Part shown: piece by piece, positions 38,218-46,535 of the stretch | How the letters are laid out: the number at the start of each line of letters is the position of its first letter | How positions within the stretch are numbered: position 1 is the first letter of the stretch | NCBI GenBank assembly: GCA_052043475.1 | Contig: JBQGBW010000009.1 | Location: forward strand, 1,818-65,817 | DNA from: Magnetococcales bacterium HHB-1 | Lineage (GTDB): Bacteria; Pseudomonadota; Magnetococcia; Magnetococcales; JBQGBW01 | Length of the DNA stretch: 64,000 bases | Direction of reading: 5' to 3' | Notes under the pieces: model-generated | Database searches by the model: none | Told to the model about the DNA's origin: nothing | Seen by the model: only the letters and a program-made list of their open reading frames with translations | Made by a program: the position numbers and the translations under genes

Positions 38218-39300
38218 TTAAGAGGGATTCTCTTTTAAGAAGCGATCAAACACATCAATGAATGTTTTCATCTGATTGATTGTGCCAATACTTAACCGGA
38301 ACATATCATCGATCATTGGTGCGAACATTGGCCGTGCCAGGATTCTATGTTTTTTAAGGTGATTAACTGCAAAGTCTCTATTCGATGGTTTTACAAGCAT
38401 AAAGTTGGCTGAGCCAGGAATGAAAGGAACGCCTTTTTTCGTGAAATACTCTTCAATAATGGGCTTTGAGAGCGAGATAACCTCATTGACATAAGTCTTC
38501 CAATGGGTGTTTTCATCGATCTGAGCGCTGGCGGCATAGAGCGCGCAGGTATTGACATCGAATGGACAGCGAATTTTATAGAACTCTGCGATAAGATCGG
38601 GGTGGGCTAAAATATAGCCCAGTCTTAGTCCAGCCATGGCGAAGGCTTTTGAGAAGGTTCGGGTGATAATCAGGTTGGGATAGCGGTCTAAGAGGTGGAT
38701 CGCAGTGATATTGGTAAATTCATAGTAGGCTTCATCAACGATGACAGGCAGGTGGGGGAATTTTTGGAGAATTTTCTCGATCTGCTCAAGAGAGACGCTT
38801 GTGCCGGTGGGATTGTTTGGATTAATCAGAACAATTAGTTTGGTTTTTTTATTGACCGCCTGAATAAAACGTTCAAATGGGAAGGAGAGGTCCTTCTCAT
38901 AGGCGACGCCTTGAATGGTGGCACCGATCACTGAGGCGACTTGGGCGAAAATAGGAAATTCTGGGCGGGCGAAGAGAATACCATCGCCGGGATTTAAGAA
39001 GGCTCTCAGGATGATTTCGATGCCTTGATCGGAGCCGTTGGTGAGGATGGTCTGCGCTTCGCTGACATCTGTATATTGACTTAGCTTCTTTAGAAACCAG
39101 CCGTAGTCTGGATACATCTGTAAGTTTTTTTGTTTCAGTAGTTTTTTAAGTGCTTTGGTGACGTGGGAGGGGTGGGGTGATGTGTTCTCATTCAGATCCA
39201 GGCGTAGATAATTTTGGCGATCCAGTCCTGTCCAGGGTGGGGAGTAAGGAGCGAGTTCAGAGATGCATGGTTTTACAGAGATGTTCATTCGATAATCCAT
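38218..39300 (-). CDS. hisC: histidinol-phosphate aminotransferase
   Basis: Family motifs present are LNENTSP, NGSDQGIEIILRAF, NPNNPTG, VDEAYYEF, RTFSKAFAMAGLRLGY (PLP Lys) and RLSIGT. Confidence 0.93.
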   Translation of the reverse strand: MDYRMNISVKPCISELAPYSPPWTGLDRQNYLRLDLNENTSPHPSHVTKALKKLLKQKNLQMYPDYGWFLKKLSQYTDVSEAQTILTNGSDQGIEIILRAFLNPGDGILFARPEFPIFAQVASVIGATIQGVAYEKDLSFPFERFIQAVNKKTKLIVLINPNNPTGTSVSLEQIEKILQKFPHLPVIVDEAYYEFTNITAIHLLDRYPNLIITRTFSKAFAMAGLRLGYILAHPDLIAEFYKIRCPFDVNTCALYAASAQIDENTHWKTYVNEVISLSKPIIEEYFTKKGVPFIPGSANFMLVKPSNRDFAVNHLKKHRILARPMFAPMIDDMFRLSIGTINQMKTFIDVFDRFLKENPS

Positions 39301-39329
39301 TAAGAAGTTTTTTGGCTATTTTTAAATGT

Positions 39330-41294
39330 TTAGAGCAGTGTTGCTTTAACACCAGCAGGAACACCGCGCCGGTTTGGATTAACCTCGAAAACCTGCTTTA
39401 GTGCGACGCCCATATGGGAGAAAATCTCGATCCATCCTTTCTCAACAGCTTTATTTTTAACAGGAACCTTTTCAAAATGGATCATAAGGCTACACAGCAT
39501 ACCGCCTGCAAATCCATCGAGAAAATCATCCAGATCTTCTGCTCTGATATGATCTAAAATGGTTTTTCCGATGAGAAAATGTTCTCGAAGATAAGCAAAG
39601 GTATTGGAAAGTGGAGCGAAACGGCAAAATTTTCGTCCTTCAACACTGATGCCTAAACGAATTTTTTGACTGTTGAGTTCTTTAAGGGTTTGAAAACTGC
39701 TTCCAGCGCAGTTGGCGCCCTCGTTCTCCATACGCTCTTTTAAAATTTCTAACAGGGCACGCCCTAAGACCATGGCGGTATCTTCAAGAACCACATGGCT
39801 GGAGCTTAATGCCAAGGCTTTGAAAGTGACTTGAAGAGAGAATCCTGCCTCTTTAGCAAGCGCCTCTAATAAAATAGCAAAGTTATCCACCTTAATGGAG
39901 TCTGCCACCTCAAATATAAAGTGGTTCTCCGTTGTTCTATTAAAGTCAACGGTTAGAGAGATCTCGCTTTCCGCTGTTTTTCTTAAGAGTTGGCAGTAAT
40001 CTGTTCTCTTCTCAGAGATAATGATGCTTCCCAGATCTTTTTTTGGGGGAGTGTTTTTTGTATCGATTGAAGGGGGGGAATCCGTTTGCTCTGGAGTAAA
40101 GTTTAATCCTGCCAATGCAATACCGATGGATCTGAAGATCCCTTCCCAGGTGTGGTGGGGATCTTCTGCACTACAGATGGTAATTTTAAAGTGGGCATTT
40201 AAGGCTTGGGCCAATCCTTGTAGAAGCGCCACTAAAGGTTGACCTGAGTGAAGCTGCTCACAGCGAAGGTTAAGAAACCACTTAAGATCGATTGCAGGCA
40301 CTTCTTTGAATGTGACGCCCGCCTTTTTAGTAGACATGTTAATGCTGACTTCTGCACTGCCATCATCAATCATGCCTAAGGTGGCGGAAAATTTTTTTTT
40401 ATGAGGAATTTTACGGAGTGTCGATCCGAGTTCTTTGCCGAGTTCCACCCAGTTATCATTGTTCCAGCTTAGATTGATGCCAGTGCCTAAACGCCAAGCG
40501 ATATGTTCAACCATATGGCTGACAAAGTCGTTTGGTGTATCGATCTTTTTATCAAGGACATTGCCAAAACGGAGTTGGGTTTGAAACGTATCGAAGTTTT
40601 TATAAGCCTGGTTTGTGTAGGGGCTTTTTGAGAGGAGATCATGCTTTTCACCGCCCATGGCCACAGCAATTGTATGGCATTTTGCACGTGATCCTGCTTC
40701 AATGCCGATGCTGGAATCCTCGATGACGACGCATCTTTTCTGTTTTACGCCGAGTTTTTTTGCTGCAAAAAGGTAGGTATCGGGGGCGGGTTTCTTTTTT
40801 AGGTTTTTGAGATCATTGCCAATAATTTTATCAAAGTAGTGATCGATTTTACTGCGTTCTAAAAGTTCGATGACGTCTGTCGTGGGATTATTGGATACCA
40901 CGGCCAGCTTTAACCCTTTTTTCTTTGCCGCCTGAAGAATGTCTTCAATACCAGGGTTGACATCAAAGGCTCTGGCTTGGCGTTGTGTTTCATACGCTTG
41001 CAGGATTATTTCAAGCTGATCATCATTAACGGATATCTTAAAATTCTTTTCAATATAGGCAGAGATTCTTTTCCAAAATTCTGGCGGATGGTAAGCAAAA
41101 ATGCTCTGAATGAATGCATCCGGTAGATGGATCTCTTCTCCCAGATGATTTTGCACCAGTTCATTGCAGACAACATAGTCAAATCCCAAGGAGTCGATGA
41201 GAACGCCATCCATATCCCAAAGAATGGCTTGGGCTTTTTTAGGGATAAGGATTCGATTCGCCAGGGTGATATATCTTTTTTTATCTGACTTCAT
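39330..41294 (-). CDS. atypical HisB-like fusion: HAD-IA phosphatase + two tandem IGPD-like modules
   Basis: HAD motifs are WDMDGVLIDS, VVSNNP, KKKPAPD and IEDSSIGIEAG. Module A has DTPNDFVSHMVEHIAW and EDPHHTWEGIFRSIGIAL. Module B has RKTAESEISLTVDF, SSSHVVLEDTAMVLGRAL and a terminal GVPAGVKATLL (compare E. coli LPSSKGVL). It is 654 aa versus ~355 aa for E. coli HisB. Confidence 0.72.
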   Translation of the reverse strand: MKSDKKRYITLANRILIPKKAQAILWDMDGVLIDSLGFDYVVCNELVQNHLGEEIHLPDAFIQSIFAYHPPEFWKRISAYIEKNFKISVNDDQLEIILQAYETQRQARAFDVNPGIEDILQAAKKKGLKLAVVSNNPTTDVIELLERSKIDHYFDKIIGNDLKNLKKKPAPDTYLFAAKKLGVKQKRCVVIEDSSIGIEAGSRAKCHTIAVAMGGEKHDLLSKSPYTNQAYKNFDTFQTQLRFGNVLDKKIDTPNDFVSHMVEHIAWRLGTGINLSWNNDNWVELGKELGSTLRKIPHKKKFSATLGMIDDGSAEVSINMSTKKAGVTFKEVPAIDLKWFLNLRCEQLHSGQPLVALLQGLAQALNAHFKITICSAEDPHHTWEGIFRSIGIALAGLNFTPEQTDSPPSIDTKNTPPKKDLGSIIISEKRTDYCQLLRKTAESEISLTVDFNRTTENHFIFEVADSIKVDNFAILLEALAKEAGFSLQVTFKALALSSSHVVLEDTAMVLGRALLEILKERMENEGANCAGSSFQTLKELNSQKIRLGISVEGRKFCRFAPLSNTFAYLREHFLIGKTILDHIRAEDLDDFLDGFAGGMLCSLMIHFEKVPVKNKAVEKGWIEIFSHMGVALKQVFEVNPNRRGVPAGVKATLL

Positions 41295-41358
41295 TGTCGT
41301 CTCGCTATCTTTAAACAGAATTAATAGATATTTTTATCTTGATGGCGCTCTTTAACCT

Positions 41359-41395
41359 GTTTTAGCCCTGGATTAAACCGATCCAGGGCTAAAAC
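41359..41395 (-). promoter_or_regulatory. perfect 15-bp stem / 7-nt loop hairpin between hisD and the hisB-like gene
   Basis: GTTTTAGCCCTGGAT-TAAACCG-ATCCAGGGCTAAAAC sits in the 125-nt intercistronic gap. No U-tract follows on the transcribed (minus) strand. Confidence 0.6.
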
Positions 41396-41419
41396 GAAAC
41401 AAGAGGGGCTTTTTAAAGG

Positions 41420-42721
41420 TTAATCGTCTCTTTTAATCAGCGCGTTGGCATGGGCTGGGAAGCCTTCATATTCGGCAAAGCGGGTGGTGCTCTCCCGAAG
41501 GCTGTCGAACCCTTCTCTGCTTAAATAGCCGATTGAGGTGCGTTTTAAGAAGTCAAAAATTGTGACGCAGGAGAAGGTTTTTGCGAATCCACCGGTGGGT
41601 AGAATGGCATTGACCCCTAAGGAGAAGTTGCCCATGGTGATTGGGGTATTGAGTCCTAAGAGGATTTCGCCAGCATTTTTAATCTGATTGAGAGCAAAGA
41701 AGGGCTCTTCGATTAACACCTCAAGATGTTCTGGGGCGAAGTCGTTGATAAAATCGATGGACGCCTCCAGACTTGAGGTGATCACAATGCCACCAAAAGT
41801 GGAGAAACCTGTGTTGCAGAATGTTTTTCTGGGTTCAGGCAGATCATCAATCAGTTTTGGCAGGAGCTTAGCCACTTTTTTCGCCAGCTTTTCAGAGTGG
41901 GTGACTAAAAGGGCGGTGGAGTCGGGGCCGTGTTCGGCTTCGATCATCAGATCTAAGGCGGCGATTTTTGCAGGCGTGCTCTCATCGCAGAAGATAATCG
42001 ACTCACTAGGACCAGCAGGTGTGCCCACATCAATGTGGGTGTAGAGCAGGCGTTTGGCTGCAGAGACGTAGCTGCTTCCAGGACCGATGGTTTTAACCAC
42101 TTTAGGAACGGTCTGGGTGCCGTAAGCCATGGCGGCGATCGCTTGTGCGCCACCGGTTTTATAAACTTCTTTGATACCGCAGAGTTGGGCTGCATAGAGC
42201 GTGGCATCCTCGACGCCACCATCGGCTTTAGGAGGGGTGCAGACGATAATTTTCTCAACACCAGCAATGGCGGCGGGCACGCCCAACATCAGCATGACCG
42301 AAGGAAAAGCGCCTTTTCCGCTGGGGACGTAGAGTCCGACCGAGTGAATTGGTGTGATCTTCTCACCTGCCATAACCCCTTTCTCGATCTCGATAAACCA
42401 GGTCTCTTCAGGGCGTTGGGCTTCGTGATATTTCTTGATATTTTTAAACGATCTTTCGATCATCTGCTTGAGGGGTTCGGAGAGGTTGGCTTCGGCCTGG
42501 GCAAACTCTTCTTCGGTGACTTTTAGTTGCTCAGGGCGCATATCTGCCTGATCAAATTTTTTATTAAATTCTAGCAATGCTGCGTCACCACGCTCTTGAA
42601 CCGCGGATATGATCGGCGCAACGGTATCGGTGAGTTGATCAATGCCGATTTCAGAGCGTTTCATTATTCTGGCGATCTCTTCTGGAGCCATCTCTGCCAG
42701 TCGGAATACATTTATTCCCAT
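41420..42721 (-). CDS. hisD: histidinol dehydrogenase
   Basis: 433 aa with family-typical blocks GLYVPSGKGAFPSVMLM, GGAQAIAAMAYGT, GPGSSYVSAAKR, PAGPSE, AEHGPDS and APEHLE. Confidence 0.95.
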   Translation of the reverse strand: MGINVFRLAEMAPEEIARIMKRSEIGIDQLTDTVAPIISAVQERGDAALLEFNKKFDQADMRPEQLKVTEEEFAQAEANLSEPLKQMIERSFKNIKKYHEAQRPEETWFIEIEKGVMAGEKITPIHSVGLYVPSGKGAFPSVMLMLGVPAAIAGVEKIIVCTPPKADGGVEDATLYAAQLCGIKEVYKTGGAQAIAAMAYGTQTVPKVVKTIGPGSSYVSAAKRLLYTHIDVGTPAGPSESIIFCDESTPAKIAALDLMIEAEHGPDSTALLVTHSEKLAKKVAKLLPKLIDDLPEPRKTFCNTGFSTFGGIVITSSLEASIDFINDFAPEHLEVLIEEPFFALNQIKNAGEILLGLNTPITMGNFSLGVNAILPTGGFAKTFSCVTIFDFLKRTSIGYLSREGFDSLRESTTRFAEYEGFPAHANALIKRDD

Positions 42722-43050
42722 GTCAAAACATACCTTATCATGAATGCCTGCTAATGTTCAGGCCCGTATTTAATTTCAAAGGATGATATCTAAAAAGGAT
42801 ATAATCCGGTTTGGCCTTCTGTTTTTCAGGGGCATACAGGGGCGCTTAGGCATGCTACTATGTTTTTTAATATTTTTTCAAGGAACTTCTTTTTTGGGCT
42901 CTTGGAGCTTGATTTTTCTTAAAAGTTATCCTTGTAATTGGGGGTGGCTCACAGATCATACTCTTTACTTGGCTAAAACTGGCCTGGTTTATGCTGTGAA
43001 AAGCGTGGCCACATAGAGAAAAATTTGCAACAGACCGAAAGGGGAGGAAG

Positions 43051-46000
43051 ATGCCCACCAAAAACAGAAGACTGTTTTTTTTATTCGTTTGTATGATGGT
43101 TTTATTCAGTTCTGCCCCAGAAAATACTTTTGCGAATAATAGATTATATACGATTCAGGTGCAAGCAACGCAGGAGGAGTCTGTTGTTCAAGAGACACTG
43201 GAAATGTTGCGCAAGTGGGGCTATAAGCCTTTTGTGCTCTCGATCAGGGATCATAGAGGTCGAACCTGGCAGACGGTTCATATTGCCAAGTATCGTACCT
43301 TTAAAAGTGCAACCAAACGGCTGAGAAAATATAAAAAGAAGACCGGTAAGGATGCGGTGGTTGTGCCGACAAAAGAGCATCTTTATCGGCGTTTTATTGC
43401 GCGGCGGAAAGCGTTTCTATCACGATTGAATAAAGAACAATTGGACGCAGCTAAGGCTACCGAAAAACGGACTGTACAACAAGTTGAAACAGAAAAAGAT
43501 GCTTCACTCCTTGAAGCGTCTTTGGCTTTAGAGCAAAACAAACCTGTTGAAATCTCTGTGGATATGGACGCTGCGAAGGTAGACAAAAAAGAAGTGACTT
43601 TGGCGGTAGAACAGAAAGTTGAAGCGGTTGAGGCGTCTGCTTTGGAATCTACTGAAGCGGTTGAGGCGTCTGCTTTGGAATCTGCTGAAGCGGTTGAGAC
43701 GCCTGCTTTGGAATCTGCTGAAGCGGTTGAGGCAGAGAAAAAGGTTGAAGCGGCCATTGCTGAGGCTGAGGCGGAAGCGAAAGTTGCAGAAGAGGCGAGG
43801 CTTGTGGCTGAGGCTCAAGCGGAAGAAGCCGCCGCTGAGTGGGTTGCTGAAGAACGTGCAGAAGCGTTGGGGCAGGCTTTGGCTGAACAGTCTGCACCTG
43901 CGGATGAAAGTGATGCGGCATCTGAGCCAAAAAAGACGCCTGAGACAATGGTTGTGAAGACGTTGCCTGTTCAACAGATGCATCCGGCGTCCTATCTATG
44001 GATTTTTCTCTCTCTGTTTCTACTTGGTGTGGTGGCTTTTCTCCTGTTAAAACTGCGTAAGATTCAACAGAACGACAAGCGGGCTCAACAGAAACGTGAA
44101 GATGAAAAACTGGCGAAAATAAAAGTTGGTGACCGTGTGCAGCGCTTTTATTTTCCTAAAGATATTCCCAAATCTCGTCTCTCTTCCTTCATTGGGCGTC
44201 GCAATCAATTGCTCAAATTGCGTGGTGCACTGACTGATTTTTCGACAGGCTCTTTTCCTAAACCGCAGGTGATCTATGGTATGGGGGGAGTTGGTAAAAC
44301 CGAGCTTGTTGTTGAATATGTTTACCGTCACTTTGAGGATTATCAGACCATCTGGTGGATTGATCGCCATATGCCTACAGCCATTGCTAAAAAAATGGGG
44401 TTAGAGCAGGAGAATCTATCTGCTGTTTGGGAGGATATCGGACTATGGTTTGCAACCAATGATCATTGGTTGATTATTCTTGATAACATGAACAGTCCTC
44501 AGGAGGCGCTCTCACATCTCCCTGAAGGGAGGGGGCATGTGATTATTACAACGCGCCATGCCAACTGGGGTGACCGTTTCAATGTGCAAAGGCTCAATCC
44601 TTGGTCCAGAGGTAGGGCCAGAGCATTTATCAGCCGTTATCATCCGGATATAGCTAAATCTTCGGTTAAAGCGCTTGCCGATGCTTTTGGTGGTTTCCCT
44701 TTGGCTTTAAGACAGGTGATGACCCACCTTACGCAGATGGATATCTCCATTGAGGCGTATCTTGAGCAGTATCATTCTGATCCTTTAAGGTTTCTTTCCT
44801 TGGGGCAACAGGAGTCGGCACGCTATCCGTGTTCGGTTATGGCAGCTTGGATCAACTCGATTGAGCAGATTGAAAACAGTGATCCTGTCTCTATGGGGAT
44901 TTTAAATCTGCTCGCTTTCCTTGGCTCTAAAAGGGTTCCTCAATCGTTGATTCTGGATAACCGTTCCGGACTCCCTTCACCACTGGATCATTCCGATGCT
45001 TTAACGGATCTTTTTACTTTCCATGATAAAGTAGTGCAACCTCTGGATCGCAATGCACTGATTACCGCTGAGCGCGATACTTTAAATCAACACCGTCTGT
45101 TGCAGACCGTATTGCGTGAGCGTTTAAAACCAGAGGAGCGTAAACGCTGGATTCATGTCGCTTTGACTCTGGTTGGTGCGTCCTTCCATCATAAAAAGCG
45201 CAGCAGTCATCTGAAAGAGGCGCAGGAGGAGTCTAACCGTGCGCTTCTTCCCCATGCCATTGCGGTGACAGAGCATGCTGAAAAAGCGGGGATCGATTTT
45301 GAACGGCTTGCCCGTCTCCTTGATGATATTGTTACCTCTCTTGTGAATAGAGGCGCGTTTGAAAAGGCAGAGGGGTTCTGTCATCGTGCAGTGACGATTA
45401 CAAAAGAGTTCTTGGGAGGGCACGCTCACGCCAACTACGGCATGCGTTTGAATACTTTAGGGCTTATCTTTAAAGAGCAGGAACGCTTTGGGGAGAGTCT
45501 TCATCTATTCCGTAAGGCCGCACAGATTGATATGCAGCGGTTTGGTCCAGATTATTCCTATCTGGCGGTTTATGATCTCAATATGGGAACGGTCTTCTAT
45601 CTGGAGAAAAACTGGAAAGAGGCGGAGAAGTACTATAAGAGGTCTTATGAGGTGATCAAGAAAAACGGTGCAACCATGACTCGACTGGCCACCACCTGTT
45701 TGATTAATCTTGGCTTTTTGCGTTTGAAGGCGGAGGGGGAAGTGGCGGCAAACGTCTATTTTGAAGAGGCGCTGCGTAGAGAGAAAATTGATCAATTGGA
45801 TGAGCAACCGGTAGCAAAAGATATTCAGGCTCTGCCCGAGGTGATTAAAAAACTGGAAGCGTTGGATGAAGCGAAAAAGATGCGGATCGCATCCAGTCGA
45901 GATATGCTTCAGAGTGCGGATGCGCTTCATGAGACCCTTATGTCATCATCCAAGTTGCCACCTCAATCGGCGACATCAAAACCTCTGTCGTGGTCATCGG

Positions 46001-46437
46001 TCCCTAAATCTTCAGCGCCAAAACCTTTTACGCCTAAAAAGCCTGGTAAGCCCAATAAAGAGCAGATTAAGCTGTTCACCTATAGCGCGAAAGAGCAGTT
46101 GCTGGTGGCGGCGCCTGTTTTACAGTCTGTGGAGAAAATGGGGGCTTCATCACCGTTGGAGAGCTTTGATAAGCTCTACCGGAGTATGCGAGCCATCAAG
46201 GGGGGGGCTAATCTGATTGGCTTAAAGAATATCTCTCGTCTAAGTAGGATACTGGAACAGCTTCTGGAAAGAATGCGCAATGATGGTCTCTCTGGTGTGG
46301 ATGCTTCCGTTATTGAGAGACTGCTTTCTGGCATTACGATCTTACAAGCGATGGTTGAAGATGCCGCCAATAGCGATGATGTGAATGTCAATCCGTTTAT
46401 TGGTACGATCCAATCGACATTGGATTCCCTATCATGA
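43051..46437 (+). CDS. bitopic SPOR - TM - NB-ARC (STAND NTPase) - TPR - Hpt-like protein
   Basis: AGGGGAGGAAG SD upstream. The N-terminus is a signal-like peptide followed by a SPOR-like fold (YTIQVQAT..WGYKPFVL..WQTVHIAKY..GKDAVVV). Then come an acidic repeat linker and a TM helix at aa 313-335. NB-ARC motifs are Walker A GMGGVGKT, Walker B LIILDN, VIITTRH, GGFPLAL and QHRLL. TPR repeats follow, then a C-terminal LYRSMRAIKGGANLIG...LEQLLERMRNDG that resembles CheA P1. Confidence 0.85.
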   Translation: MPTKNRRLFFLFVCMMVLFSSAPENTFANNRLYTIQVQATQEESVVQETLEMLRKWGYKPFVLSIRDHRGRTWQTVHIAKYRTFKSATKRLRKYKKKTGKDAVVVPTKEHLYRRFIARRKAFLSRLNKEQLDAAKATEKRTVQQVETEKDASLLEASLALEQNKPVEISVDMDAAKVDKKEVTLAVEQKVEAVEASALESTEAVEASALESAEAVETPALESAEAVEAEKKVEAAIAEAEAEAKVAEEARLVAEAQAEEAAAEWVAEERAEALGQALAEQSAPADESDAASEPKKTPETMVVKTLPVQQMHPASYLWIFLSLFLLGVVAFLLLKLRKIQQNDKRAQQKREDEKLAKIKVGDRVQRFYFPKDIPKSRLSSFIGRRNQLLKLRGALTDFSTGSFPKPQVIYGMGGVGKTELVVEYVYRHFEDYQTIWWIDRHMPTAIAKKMGLEQENLSAVWEDIGLWFATNDHWLIILDNMNSPQEALSHLPEGRGHVIITTRHANWGDRFNVQRLNPWSRGRARAFISRYHPDIAKSSVKALADAFGGFPLALRQVMTHLTQMDISIEAYLEQYHSDPLRFLSLGQQESARYPCSVMAAWINSIEQIENSDPVSMGILNLLAFLGSKRVPQSLILDNRSGLPSPLDHSDALTDLFTFHDKVVQPLDRNALITAERDTLNQHRLLQTVLRERLKPEERKRWIHVALTLVGASFHHKKRSSHLKEAQEESNRALLPHAIAVTEHAEKAGIDFERLARLLDDIVTSLVNRGAFEKAEGFCHRAVTITKEFLGGHAHANYGMRLNTLGLIFKEQERFGESLHLFRKAAQIDMQRFGPDYSYLAVYDLNMGTVFYLEKNWKEAEKYYKRSYEVIKKNGATMTRLATTCLINLGFLRLKAEGEVAANVYFEEALRREKIDQLDEQPVAKDIQALPEVIKKLEALDEAKKMRIASSRDMLQSADALHETLMSSSKLPPQSATSKPLSWSSVPKSSAPKPFTPKKPGKPNKEQIKLFTYSAKEQLLVAAPVLQSVEKMGASSPLESFDKLYRSMRAIKGGANLIGLKNISRLSRILEQLLERMRNDGLSGVDASVIERLLSGITILQAMVEDAANSDDVNVNPFIGTIQSTLDSLS
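43621..43737 (+). repeat. in-frame 33-nt tandem repeat (~3.5 copies) encoding EAVEASALES(T/A)
   Basis: Units of GAAGCGGTTGAGGCGTCTGCTTTGGAATCT(A/G)CT start at 43621, 43654 and 43687, with a partial unit at 43720. Confidence 0.9.
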
Positions 46438-46467
46438 TCTTGACGTGAGATGGAAAAAAAGTAAAAC

Positions 46468-46503
46468 AAAAAAGCGCTGCCCAATTTGGATCGCGCTTTT
46501 TTT
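46468..46503. terminator. possible bidirectional terminator between convergent genes
   Basis: AAAAAAGCGC, a 15-nt loop, then GCGCTTTTTTT. The GC core is only 4 bp, extended by A/T pairing, so the hairpin is weak. It is placed between the stops at 46437 (+) and 46536 (-). Confidence 0.4.
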
Positions 46504-46535
46504 GTGTACGATTCTAGTTTCTGCACTATTCTGCA

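Noticed and set aside
43383-43983. Four long overlapping ORFs on both strands (43383-43757, 43528-43983, 43619-43957, 43649-43948)
   Set aside because: All lie within the Ala/Glu-rich, tandem-repeat part of the STAND gene. GCN/GAR-rich periodic sequence is open in several frames, so these are shadow ORFs.
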